Assembly (NCBI RefSeq): GCF_006345805.1
Contig: NC_042998.1
Coordinates: 188,232,001 to 188,296,000, forward strand
Direction: 5' to 3'
Length of the DNA: 64,000 nucleotides
Source: Octopus sinensis
Taxonomy: Eukaryota
The stretch's first letter is position 1. Every line of letters starts with the position of its first letter. The notes beneath the pieces are model-generated. The model had not been told where the DNA came from. It saw only the letters and a program-made list of their open reading frames with translations, and searched no databases. Below, piece after piece: positions 28,408 through 41,350 of the stretch. The translations under genes were made by a program, and so were the position numbers.

Positions 28408-28519
28408 GAAATAAGATTAAGATTAATAAAGTAACACCAAATATATAGTGCGTGTGTTTTTATTGGCTAAACTGGTAAAATGACCATTCTGAAATATAAT
28501 AATATATATATATTTACTT

Positions 28520-28885
28520 ATAAAAGAATAGTGGTGGAGTGTCTCTGTCATGACTTCAATAACATGCAAGTAAAACACTTCATACATACTGATCTGCGAC
28601 AGAAAAGTAAAATTATACACGGTGGTTGAAATCAGTTGTCCAGCAGATGTCAATATAATGTTGACAATTATTGATAAAGAAAACGTGTCGTTATCCCATC
28701 CAAACTGTAACCTCAGACTTCTACCATTACTTATTATTCCCTGGATCATGAATAACAAGTGCAGTACCACTATTGGGAAGCTAAATTTCACAAAAACGGA
28801 AAGAATCTGCTTAATCAGATTACAGTATGAAGTATCGAAGGGATTCGCAAAATATGTAAAACATTCAAGAAGTTTAGCATGTGAA
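28520..28885 (+). mobile_element. Second, older RLE-domain remnant of the same family as 27010-27680
   Basis: 'WWSVSV...TVVEISCPADVNIML...KEN' and terminal 'IRKICKTFKKFSM*' parallel the 27-kb copy. Confidence 0.7.
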
Positions 28886-29047
28886 AAATGCATATGCAAG
28901 CGTATAAAAATCCATGTCTCTAACGGCATCCATACTTGCGCCCATCTATATGTGTGCACATAAATATGTACATTGTACATGTACAGATGCTTATATGAAA
29001 TACATACATGCGTACATTTATAACGTATACACACAATTATATACATA

Positions 29048-29103
29048 CAAGGGTTAGTCAGGAAGTAATGCATTTTTATTTGCTTCATTTTGATTCACCC
29101 TCA
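29048..29103. mobile_element. 56-bp mariner-derived MITE
   Basis: TA|CAAGGGTTAGTCAGGAAGTAATGC...GCTTCATTTTGATTCACCCTCA|TA: imperfect mariner-type TIRs (CGAGGG with CpG decay at both ends) flanked by TA. Confidence 0.55.
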
Positions 29104-30100
29104 TAGATACATACGTGTGTGATTGTGTGTGTGTGTGTGTTTGTGTGCGTGTGTGTGTGTGGTGTAAAGTATACATGTTATGCTTGAATCTCTCTTTCCA
29201 CTTCCCTCTCTTTTTATATAAATGTATGTCTATATATATATAATATACTCACCCGTACATTGTGTATATACATATGCATATTTACACACATAGAGAAATA
29301 GCTATCTAATATTCATGTACTCATATTCAAATATATAATATGCAGTTAACATGTGTTTATTCTGTTACTTTGCAATGAAATTATATGTTTGACTACCATT
29401 TTTTCAAGAACATTCACTTAGTTTGATATTATAAAATATATGGAAATAAAGAAAAAGTGAATTGAAAAAAATTGATAGAAACCTAAGAAAAACAAATAAA
29501 GAAAGAAAAATCAAAGTAGTAAAATGAGATCAGATTTTTGATGGATTTCATATTATAAAAGTTCTCTTTTCCTATTTTTTATCCATCCGTTAAAAACGTT
29601 AACTTTTCTCAGAGTTTACCAAGAAAAATCTAAATCGATAATACCGGCAACTCTTTGGTTCGATATTTGGAGAAATATTTATATACAAATAGGATCAAGT
29701 TAAAATGTATTGATTTTTATGGAGTCACTTGTAACTGAATATTTTACTGGCCTTTACTTTCGGTCACTGTGTAATTAATATATAGTTATGACTAATATTG
29801 GTTGCATGTTTATTATTACATATATTTCAATATTTTTCGCTCAGTTGTATAATTTTCCTATCTAGGAAAATACCAACACGCGATATGACTTAATGAGTGA
29901 AGAAGATTGAAGAATGCGGGATGTAACAGGCAAACGATCGCCAAGTGTAACATGAACTGAATAAACTACAATGAGTAATCGAAAGCCTCTAGTAAGCCCG
30001 TTTGTTGAGAACTTGCCTCTAATATAGTGTATAGTTATTATTTTATTATTTACTTGATCTATATACTTTGAATATATATCAAAGAATCTCAGGTACCAAT

Positions 30101-30417
30101 GGAAGCACTCCGTCGGTTACGACGACGAGGGTTCCGGTTGATCCGATCAACGGAACAGCCTGCTCGTGAAATTAACGTGTAAGTGGCTGAGCACTCCACA
30201 GACACGTGCATCCTTAACGTAGTTCTCGGGGATATTCAGCGTGACACAGAGATGACAAGGCCGGCCCTTTGAAATACAGGTACAACAGAAACAGGAAGTA
30301 AGAGTGAGAGAAAGTTGTGGTGAAAGAGTACAGCAGGGATCACCACCATCCCTGCCGGAGCCTTGTGGAGCTTTAGGTGTTTTCGCTCAATAAACACTCA
30401 CAACGCCCGGTCTGAGA
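30101..30417 (-). mobile_element. 5'-truncated tRNA-SINE with a 12-bp TSD
   Basis: TSD tcaggtaccaat at 30089-30100 and 30418-30429; body nearly identical to 36343, 44972 and 52172 copies. Confidence 0.93.
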
Positions 30418-30489
30418 TCAGGTACCAATAGGTCGCCAAAGAATCAAATAATAACCCTTGTCATATGTCATATGTACCTACAACAGCAG

Positions 30490-32090
30490 GTCTTTTGCAG
30501 GGAGAACCGGAATGAGAGAAAAAGAAAATTAAATGCGATGTGCTAGGCCTCTGTGAAACATGTCGAAATAACTAAATAAATGTGAGATGGACAGATAGAA
30601 GCGTTGTGACAGCAACAAGCGGTATAGGGTTCATCGTAATTAAAGAATGGGCTTCGAAACTTGTTTCTTCACAACTGCTTTCATCACGCATCAGAGTATT
30701 AAACGTTCGTTCCTCAAGAAAAGTCACTCTGAAGATCATCCAGACCTACGCTCCGCGTCCACAAATACGAGCAACGACGACGGAATGGAAAAATTCTACC
30801 AAGGGGCAAAGAAAGCGCTAACTCACAAATTCACTTACACCATAGTGATGGGAAATTTCAGCGCAAAGGTTGGTAAAAGACGACAAAGAGAGAAATTTTT
30901 GGTAAGTTTGGATCAGGAAAACAGAAAAGGGCAGAAACAAGAAGACTTTATATTGCGAACAGCCTATACAGGAAGCAAACTGAAAGGAGGTGGGCCTGTA
31001 TAGCTCCAAACTCTCAATACTAAAAGGAAATTCACTACATCCTGGTCGATAAATGGTGCATATTGTAGGACGCCTCAGTAGTAGTATTATTCAACACAGA
31101 TAGTGGCCATCGCTTTCTATCGGCAAAGACCATGATCAATGCAATCAAATTAAAAAGCTCTGCATATGTCAATGAAAAATCAACGTGCCAAAGTCTTTGA
31201 TGTGAAATATTTACAGCAAGCTGCCAAGAAGGAAATTGAGGAGAGTGTCAAGCAGAGATATCATCTTTTCAAAGCTCTTTGTCGTATGTCTAGAAATTGT
31301 CATTAAGGACATGAACTGGACAGGTAGTGTGAACATAAATGGCGAGCAACCAACACATCCCCGATTGACGGATGGCTTTGTACTCATGGCTGAAACCATA
31401 GACCAGTTGCACAAATTGCTGACAGAGCTGAATCCTCGGAGCTTTGCAGAGGTTCTTAAAATGAACCACACAAAAACAAAATATATCCGGTCAGAAGACG
31501 TAGCACAAGGCCGAATAGCGGTGGGAAGCGATGACAGCGAGGAGGTAAGGGAGTATGTCTACACAGAGCACAGTAAACATGTGTCGAGATATGGATGCTG
31601 TAACCTCAAAGAGAACAAGGGGCAAGCTGGAAGGAATTTAACTCTAAGGATGTCCTCCAAACAAAGCTAACCGATGCCATATTTGCCAGGCTCTTCCATA
31701 GCACCGTCTTACCTTGCGCTCTTATACGCAAATGAGACGACGGCTACATCAAAGCGAACAGAACATCGACGCAAAGGGCCACGGAAAGGTCCATGCTATG
31801 AACATCACTATGAGAGTACATTCGAGAGTAATTCGAGAAAAGTGCAGAGTGAACGACGTGATCGCAGTGTACTGAAAGCGCAACTTCCGTTGGACCGGAC
31901 ATGTTGCAAGGTTCACAGTCAATAGGTGGATCCGTGCAGTTACCGAGTGGTATCCAAGAGCTCGGAAAAGGTCTCTTGGAAGGTCTCCATTGCGATGGGA
32001 TGACGATTTGCTCAAAATATTTGGGTCAAGATGGAAAAGAATGGCACAATGAAGACAATTGGAAGCGCATTGTGATCAGCGGTGTATACT
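30490..32090 (+). mobile_element. Decayed, internally deleted RTE-clade LINE (AP endonuclease + RT)
   Basis: Endonuclease: 'CDVLGLCET', 'GIGFIV', 'SSRI..L', 'IIQTYAP', 'IVMGNFSAKVG'. RT: 'SSRDIIFSKLF..CLE..IKDMNW...NING....PRLTDGFVLMAE...L..LL.ELN....LKMN.TKTK' (cf. GVRQGD.ISPKLF...LRFADD); 3' part resembles 'W.GHVAR'. Confidence 0.88.
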
Positions 32091-32153
32091 AGCTTCTGAT
32101 TTTCTGGTCGATATTGTGATGCTGTGATGTATAAATATTATGGTTATATGTAG

Positions 32154-32518
32154 AAGGCGGCGAACCGGCAGAAACGTTAGCACGCCGGGCGAAATGCTTT
32201 GTTCTGAGTTCAAATTCCGCCGAGGTCGATTTTGCCTTTCATCCTTTCGGGGTCGATAAATTAAGTACCAGTTACGCACTGGGGTCGATGTAATCGACTT
32301 GACCCGTCTGTCTGTCTTTGTTTGTCTCCTCTGTGTTTAGCCCCCTGTGGGTAGTAAAGAAATAGGTAGTTCGTCTGTCTTTACGGTCTGAGTTCAAATT
32401 CCGCCTTTCATCCTTTCGGGGTCGATAAATTAAGTACCAGATGCGTACTGGGGTCGATCTAATCGACTGACCCTCTCCTAAAAATTTCGAGCCTTGTGCC
32501 TAGAGTAGAAAAGAATAT
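32154..32518 (+). mobile_element. tRNA-SINE with internally duplicated core and a 13-bp TSD
   Basis: TSD tggttatatgtag at 32141-32153 and 32519-32531; core ctgagttcaaattccgcc...tttcatcctttcggggtcgataaattaagtaccag occurs twice. Confidence 0.92.
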
Positions 32519-33066
32519 TGGTTATATGTAGGTTGCTGGAATGGCAAAAACGACCGAGTATTAAAGTGCTTTACAGTATTAAGTCTTCTCTCTCTAGATT
32601 TCGAAATCAATTGTTACCTGGAATTAACTTTTTTGTTCATCTATCTGATTTCAATAAGATAAATATCATGTATTTTCTAGAATAGTCTCAATCCTCTATG
32701 CCCTTCTCATATACAAAATAAAAATGTGACCTTAAGCCAATGTAAGACATTGATATTGGTTGTAGAGTGATTGACGTTTATGAGAGATTTTAAATATAGG
32801 TTAATTATTTGACCTACACAAAGCAAAAAGCGATTTCAAGTTTATATTACTTATTTCTATATAAAGTTTAGTATTGTACTATAACATTCATTATATCACT
32901 TCCGTACTTTGAAATTCATATAAAGGAAGGTGATAATAACAATATCAATCTCTTGATTGTTTAACCAACTGTTATTGCTTCGAAAACATACACACACACA
33001 TACACGCACATGCACTCACACACAAACCACAAACAGGCACACTCGCACACTCATATATTATATATA

Positions 33067-33109
<43 letters not shown>

Positions 33110-33191
33110 GTATGTATGTATGTATGTATGTATGTATGTATGTATGTACGTAGTGACATTGTGAAAACATTGTTTTCATGTGCGGAATCTC

Positions 33192-33231
<40 letters not shown>

Positions 33232-33263
33232 GTCTCTCACTCTCTCTCTCATTCTCTCTTTGT

Positions 33264-33322
<59 letters not shown>

Positions 33323-33399
33323 GCACAACTTATAGGTAAATATACAGCAACCCCAACGCACTCACACGTCACCTCGCTTCTGACCACCAAATCTAATCA

Positions 33400-33750
33400 T
33401 TGATGCTAACGTGTCAGCACCGCTCCCTTCACACGTACATCACTCACGTAAACACAACCATACACGTACACAGATATTACAACAAACCCACACACTCACT
33501 GGTCACTTTATGTCCAGTTCAGGTCACTTCAGCCGTGTAACCACACACTTGCTTTTCTCCGACAATTCCTTTTCTTCTCTCTGGACTTTTTCTCTTTCCT
33601 CTTTTTTTTTGACGAAGAGCTATGTTCGAAACGTCACATCCCACTCTCTTTTTTCAATCTTAAACTTAGCATCATCCTAATACATTCACTGTGTTCGTCT
33701 TTTTGACTTTTGTTGTTCTTTGTTTTATTTTTATTTCCGATTTGCCTATA
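33400..33750 (+). mobile_element. PLE-associated non-autonomous element with a decayed hammerhead-like motif (33605-33640)
   Basis: TTGACGAA-GAGC TAT GTTC-GAA-ACGT-C; downstream ctaatacattcact...ttttgtt matches 59420-59605; ends in (TA)n. Confidence 0.6.
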
Positions 33751-36342
33751 TATATATCCATAGAAAAATAAATAAGAGCTTTAGAGGTGAATGATCTTAT
33801 GATAACAGAGCCATTTTGACAATAGTCTTTATATTACAAAATACCAAACATAATATTGTAAAAGACAAAAGTAAAATCTAAAGATTTCATCACAACATTT
33901 ACTGAATACATACTAATCAAACTCCAAAATATATATATCATGCATCACACCATAAAGTATTTCAGATGTTTGCTTTCGTTCTACGCTAAGACAATCATTA
34001 ATTAAGCATTTTTATACATTTTTGTGCAGTAAAAACAGTCGAAGAGGAAGAACATATATAAATACCTATTATATCTCTAAGAACTGAATCTGTAATTTCA
34101 ACTTAACTGTTAAGAAAACGATGTTGGTAAATTCAGTTTATAGACATAAAAATTCTCCAGAAGTCTATAATTGCTAATGAAAACAGATAAAATAGAGAGT
34201 AATATAAAAAGGATTGCATTGAAAATGACAAGTTTAAGAAAGCAGTATAAACAGGAAATGAAATGTTACTAGTAATTTAAATGGAATGAGAACCAGGAAG
34301 AAGAGAAAGAAGATGAATATGAAGAAATGACCAGAAACATAATCAACAAAAAACCTTGGTGAAACTCAACTGAGATGTAAGAATAAAAGCTACGGAAAAA
34401 GAACTAAGATAAATAAGGGTAAAATCGAATACAAATTATATATAAAACATCATAAACAAGCAGTGATGAAGAAGAATTTTATAGGAAGGAAATGAGAAAG
34501 AAGTAATGATGTTATTGGAGAAATAAATTAACAAAGAAATAAAGTGAACGATGAATATAAAAGAATTTCAGGTTAAAGTTGGCGCAGAGTCAGAATTATG
34601 TAGAAGGCAAGAAACAAAGAGAAAAAAAAACAGTGAAGATAGTATTAGTCCACATTTGTATTAATCACGAGAAAGAAGAGCTGTAAATTGAGTGTTGATG
34701 CTTACAAATAAGCTTGGTTTATTTAGATATTTGACTCATTTGTTAAAGTTATTCATTTTCTTCTTTTATTTATGGCTTGATACTTACTCAGGAATAGTTA
34801 TTTTGGCTTCAACGATAATCTCTGATTTGAACTGTCATACAACTGCATAAGTTTATGCGGGGGGTTCTCCGAGAGCATTTGAAATACACCTCTCTCTCCA
34901 ACACATCCAGTCGTATGCACATCTGTGCGCCATATATGAATCTATTCATACATATGATCATTTTATTTGTTTCTTTCATTCTTTCTAACGTTATTCTCAC
35001 GATGATGTATTTGAATGTTGATGTCTACAGTTGTCGATGATAGCATGCATATTTTTGTTATTTGTTTTCTTAGAAAAAGAACATTTTCAAAACGTTCATA
35101 TTTTTTTTTCACAAATACTGAATTTAGGGAAGTAAGTTTTAATATTAGCAATGATAAATCTTATGCACTGATTGAAAAGAACGGCAGAACTACACAGTCG
35201 TTAGAAAGTGGGATACCATGCTTTGTGGTTTTTAGTTACGGCTATTTACGTTCCGAGTTTTAAAAATTCTGCCAATTTTGAATTTTATACTTCCGTGGTC
35301 GTCAAATAAAGTATCAGAAAAAGTACTAGGGTCGATATAACCACTGTTCCTTCTCACAAAATTTCTGTTTTAGTGTCTGTAAAAGATTACATATAGCTTG
35401 AAAGATGTCTAACTATTTTAATATTTAACTTTCTTTCCAACACTTATCAAATATCAAAACAGTTTTTAAAAAAAATCTGTCTGTGAGAACAATGTTTAAT
35501 TTACTCTTAATATAGTGATCAAAGCAAATACTTACTGAATGATCTATGTATTAATACCGAAAATTTATCCAGAAAGGATATTAATCTGGATTAAAAGGGA
35601 ATTATACAACATTTCATGATAGGCATGGATCCCCCATTTACCTATTGGTAAGGAAAATTTGTTGTTTAACCTATAAGCGATGAAATAATGCAATATATCC
35701 AATACTGAACCGAGGAGACAGGAGAGAATGCGAAGACATGGCACTAAATCAACATGATGCATAATCGTTCGTTTAACGAACTTTTTATTACAAAGCTTTG
35801 CTATAATCACAAAGACACATGCACGATATACACAGTGTATAATATTGTATGCATGCTTATGTGCAGACTGGCAGGCAAACACATATAATATATTTTTAGG
35901 GGTTTCTAATGTTCGTTTATTTCTACATATATGTACCACACATCTATACTTATTTCAACATCCACTTGCGAGAAAAAGAAAAAAAATTCTTAAAAGAATA
36001 TCATTTAGATTAAAAGACATTCGAGAATAAGAAATTAAATATTGACTGGATTTTCCTAAATGCCAATTTTCTTTATAAATCAATAGAATCGTATTAGAAA
36101 GACTATCAGTTTGGAATATATCCTGGGTTCAAACTTATCAATAAATCATGACTCACTAGTTTCAATATTGTTGAATTATTAATATTTTTTTGTTTTCTTC
36201 TTTTTACTCTATGATGCTTTTAGTTCTATTTATACATTTATAATGTTTTCTTTGGTTGCTTTTTGAACTTTGTATTTGAATTATTTTGTTTTTTTTTACT
36301 GCATTTTGTTTGTACTTTATTTGTTACTATATTTATTACTAT

Positions 36343-36726
36343 GGAGGCGCAATGGCCCAGTGGTTAGGGCAGCTGACTCGCGGTCGTAGGATCGCGGTTT
36401 TGATTCCCAGACCGGGCGTTGTGAGTGTTTATTGAGCGAAAACACCTAAAAAAGCTCCATGAGGCTCCGGCAGGGATGGTGGTGATCCCTGCTGTACTCT
36501 TTCACCACAACTTTCTCTCACTCTTACTTCCTGTTTCTGTTGTACCTTGTATTTCAAAGGGCCGGCCTTGTCACTCTCTGTGTCACGCTGAATATCCCCG
36601 AGAACTGCGTTAAAGGTACACGTGTCTGTGGAGTGCTCAGCCACTTGCACGTTGATTTCACGAGCAGGCTGTTCCATTGATCGGATCAACCGGAACCCTC
36701 GTCGTCGTAACCGACGGAGTGCTTCC
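36343..36726 (+). mobile_element. Full-length tRNA-derived SINE
   Basis: Head ggaggcgcaatggcccagtggttagggcagctgactcgcggtcgtaggatcgcggttttgattccc (A and B boxes); body matches 30101, 44972 and 52172. Confidence 0.95.
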
Positions 36727-37770
36727 ATCCACTATATTTTCAAAAGATTAATTCGAGTTTCTGTTCTGCTACTAAATGCATCTCCGTGTTCCAGAAGCGT
36801 GTGCAGCATTGCCATTTGTGGATTTCTGTTTCATGTGGCGTATCATTATTATCATCAATACCATCATATCTATCGAAAATAAGTCTTTGGATTCGTTCAC
36901 ACCCACACTTCTGGCAAATAAATCCAGTTGATTTCACTCTAGTCCCTAGATAATTGTAGATGAAACTTGTAGGAGAAAAACAAACACTTAGTGTGCTTGC
37001 ATATAAAAATATTTCGAGCTGATTGATATACCGAGCAAATATCTAACACAGTCAATGAGCTGGCGAATGACTCCTATTCACTTGTTAGGTCACAGTATAT
37101 TGATATTGACTGGATCTACTGTAGCTTGTAAATGCCGAAATGATAATCGTAGGCTGCAAATATTTAACAACTAGCTACACACACATTGTTTATATTTAAG
37201 CATTCAATAGAAGGTTCACCTAATACGTTGAGTAGAGCACATATTTATTTAATTATAGAAGGAAAAGATTGGCAGTGAGTAGCCGTCATTAGGTTGTCGG
37301 ATGACGGCTAGTAAGCTGAAATATCGAAGTCAACGTGGACTCTTCCGTTGTACATGTGTGTGTGTGTGTGTGGTGTGTGTGTGTGTGTGTGTGTGTGTGC
37401 ATGTATGTTTTATTCACTGTTTTTTCTAGCTGTAGATTAGAAATTTCGTCTAGAAGAAGGTAAACAAACTTCAACATCTAGATGTCTCAACTGCTGCTAG
37501 CAGATAATTACCTAATTAGACGGCTATCATCACTACAAACCATTTTCAGCCTGTGAGGGCTATCTAGAGCCATAAATAAGCATAAGTTCCATCCGCTTCC
37601 ATACATACACACGGTATCACACACAGAAACACGTTACCACAACACTCACATATTGATCATCTTCATACTCTCCTGCCTCAGAAAGCACTTTCTTTTTGCC
37701 CTTCTACTTCCGGTCACTCCAGTTTTTTCCTCCTTCTTCTTGCTTTCTCTTTGAACTTTCCTGCTTTTCC

Positions 37771-37807
37771 TGTTTCCGACGAAGAGGTATGCTCGAAACG
37801 TAAAACA
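37771..37807 (+). ncRNA. Minimal type I hammerhead-like motif at the end of a PLE-associated element (~37600-37820)
   Basis: TGTTT-CCGACGAA-GAG GTATG CTC-GAA-ACGT-A-AAACA: 5-bp stem I, 3-bp stem II, palindromic ACGT; U4 reads C; followed by long (TA)n. Confidence 0.6.
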
Positions 37808-37821
37808 AGAACTCTCTTATA

Positions 37822-37918
<97 letters not shown>

Positions 37919-38074
37919 CATAATCGTTAAATTGAACAAAATGGCTTTTGCCGAACTAACGATTACTGATTAAATTCTGACTAATCTTTGAACTCTATAT
38001 TCTCAGTTGTTGGGTATAGCTTGTTTGAAACTGCCACCCTACAAATATATATATATACATATACATATATATAT

Positions 38075-38137
<63 letters not shown>

Positions 38138-38649
38138 GGATGTATGTATGTATGTATGTATGTATGTATGGATGGATGGATGGATGGATGTCGTATTAAC
38201 GGAATAGTTTCTGTCTGTTGTTCCTGTTCTGCAGCGCAAGCATAAGAATACATCAAAACCGGGTAATGTGTTCAAGGCCATTTACATTACTTCCGCCCAA
38301 AATGGTACGATCGTTTCTCATCCAGAAAAAAACTTTTCAGGATGTCTGCTTCAAAGTCCACATTGAATACGGCTATTTTCCAATAATACTGTTATCACTG
38401 TTTCTTTCATTCCTACCATAGTAATTATTCATTTCGCGATCAGACATATAATCTTCAAATTCTGTTGACAGATTTCTGTTTTTCTCTCCCAAATGTATTT
38501 CTGACTCTTCATATAATCTTGCATTGTACATATGACAAGCTGGCCTTCTTTATGGCCTGGAAGTCGTAGATCATGAATCTACAACACCATGGTTGACGAT
38601 TATAGAATTAAAAAACACGCGTGTATACAAATAATCTCTGTCATGACAC

Positions 38650-38890
38650 GGCACTCTGTCGGTTACAAACACGAGGTTTCCAGTTCGACCAATCAACGGA
38701 ACAGCTTGCAAGTGGTTCACTTTATTCACATGTCAAAAAAATATGTTACAAACACCAACCACATATTTGTCCCATAACTCACTGGCTTCTCGAAAAAGTC
38801 ATATTTGATACGATGGTTTTCAGAGTACTGACTCCCGTCCTTAGGAATGAAGCATGATGGTCACGGCTGGAATGCTTTTCGTTATAAGGA
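38650..38890 (-). mobile_element. Decayed SINE fragments
   Basis: gcactctgtcggttacaaacacgaggtttccagttcgaccaatcaacggaacagc matches the 44972 tail; gtcacggctggaatgc matches the 53-kb family tail in reverse. Confidence 0.5.
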
Positions 38891-40339
38891 TGTTAGATAA
38901 AGGAAGACATAGGAAAAACGACATTTAATCAGACATGAACCAATTTCCTGATGGCAGTTGGAACAAGTTTATCATATTTATATAAAAAGGAATACAAAAT
39001 ATGGTACAAGAACGCAAAACATACAGGCAGTTAGATGATACAAAGAAGGGACAACAAAATATCCACACAGAAGATACAAAAAAGGATGGGTCATTCGGAG
39101 TTTTCTTTCCTCATTCGAGTTCTAGATTATCTTTGCAATTTTGGCTGGTTATACTCAATATTTCTCCAATCTGGCCAGTCTCAAAGAAAAACTAAGCTAA
39201 GAGCACTAGATTCTTTGGAAGAAAGCAGCGAAAACAAGGACGAAAAAAAACGGAGAATGTTACACAAATACAAATGCAAATAACAGGGAATTAACAACAG
39301 GTGTCTTTCGACTAAGGACGAATGAAATTAAGCTGGCGTGTGTGGAAGTTGGATAACGGTTAAAATAGATGAAACAACAACGACTACTAACGCCTCTACA
39401 CGGTCAGAGGCTTTAGTAGTCAGTTGACTTGCAAGATATACCAATCAAATCACACATCATACACATTCACAAGGAAGAATACATTAGATAATTAAGTTCC
39501 TGATATGCGAAATGATGGATGGCCACAAATAGAAGGCTGCTATGAGACTTAACGATATATGTTTTAAACATATATGCATAACCAGCACCAAGAAATGTGT
39601 ATACGTATATATGTGTATATATATGTGTATACGTATATATATATGTGTATACGTATATATATATGTGTATACGTATATATATATATATGTGTATACGCAT
39701 ATATATATATATAATATTAAATGAGACAACAAAGCCAAGATCCTTCCATACCACTTACATTGCCTTACATACCACCTTGGGTTTTCTGGATACCAATACC
39801 TCTCATATACATATATATATATGTATGCATATATGTATGCATGTATATATATATATATATATACGTGTGTATGTGTGTGTGTGCACTCATTGATATGGAC
39901 CAATCACTAAGCCTTTCAGCTTCTTCGTGGTCTGAAGATATGTTATAAACAGCGGCTACATCCTACTCAGGTTACACGCTGCTGTTTGAGTAACAAGCAT
40001 ATACAAATTAATGTTTTCTCTGACCTGTGCGTCAGAATGGGACAGGATGGTCGCAAATAGAATACCTTTTATCATAAGTATGTTCGAGGGAGCGATAAAG
40101 TTATCTTATGTAAGAAAGAAACGACTATAAATGTATCGAGACTGCGAAGAATACTTATGTCAGTGATTCACAACCACTTCTATATTCTTCTTTACACCCC
40201 ATCTTTATATCACTGATTACCTCTTATTCCCATGCGTTATATATAAATTATACTATCACTGCCAAAATGATATCTTTAACATAGCATGTTACCGCATGTA
40301 CACGCGCGCATTCACACACACATGCACACATGCACACAC

Positions 40340-40570
<231 letters not shown>

Positions 40571-41304
40571 CGCCAATCTACTCGGCTATTTAGCATCTGT
40601 CTGTCTGTCTGTCTGTCTGTCTGTATGTATGTATTTATTTTAGCGTTCGTGTGTATAAGCATATGAACAAAGCAAGAGAAAAGCATTTTGCCTCGTTCAT
40701 ATCTGTTACTTTATGTAAATTTACCTCCATAAAACCGAGGCCACTAAACGATACAGTAAGACAATTCATTCATAATACACACTCAGAAATATTTAATATA
40801 GAGTTTTTGGACATTTGACTTGATCGGACCACGTTTCGACCGATCAATTCTAAGGCATAATGCCTCAAAGTGTTCGATAAATAGTTAGCAATATTAAGAG
40901 CTGCGACATGTGTCTACATGATAAATATGGAAGTGAGTGAAACAACTGAGGAAATCACTCAGACTCACAAACACAGCTATACGTATAAGAGAATATACAT
41001 ATATTTGTATATATCTCTGTGTATGTGTATACGTGTATGCATGTATATGCATACACACATATATCTATATGCATAAGAGCATATATATATGTATATATAT
41101 TATATATATATATATATATATATTATTTATATATATATTTATATATATATATATAGATAGATAGATAGAGAGAGAGAAGTAGAATGGTTGATATATGGAT
41201 ATAGATCTCTTTACTTATCACTGTATTTATATATCTCCATGTATATATACATACACACATATTATATAGGCGTATACATGTTATATATGTATGTATATAT
41301 ATAT

Positions 41305-41350
<46 letters not shown>

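Larger units (their letters stand above)
27730..28496 (+). repeat. Near-perfect direct tandem duplication (27730-28090 and 28134-28496) separated and flanked by (AAT)n
   Basis: I saw no difference between the units except 2 nt in a (CA)n run; non-coding; each unit has one hammerhead-like motif. Confidence 0.97.

Noticed and set aside
25596-28496. CRISPR-like array interpretation of the tandem repeats
   Set aside because: Eukaryotic context, no unique spacers between repeats and no cas genes.
29966-29995. ACTA-CAATGA-GTAATC-GAAAGCCTC-TAGT, and a similar remnant at ~40830-40865 (minus)
   Set aside because: The cores are too damaged to call; at best decayed HHR relics.
34540-34610. 'EFQVKVG' resembling RTE RT domain 4 within an A-rich block (33750-34700)
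   Set aside because: A single short motif; the rest is not alignable by eye.
36343-36410. tRNA gene calls for SINE heads (also 44972-45360, 51276, 52172)
   Set aside because: The tRNA-like heads continue into shared SINE bodies with TSDs and lack a complete cloverleaf with terminator.
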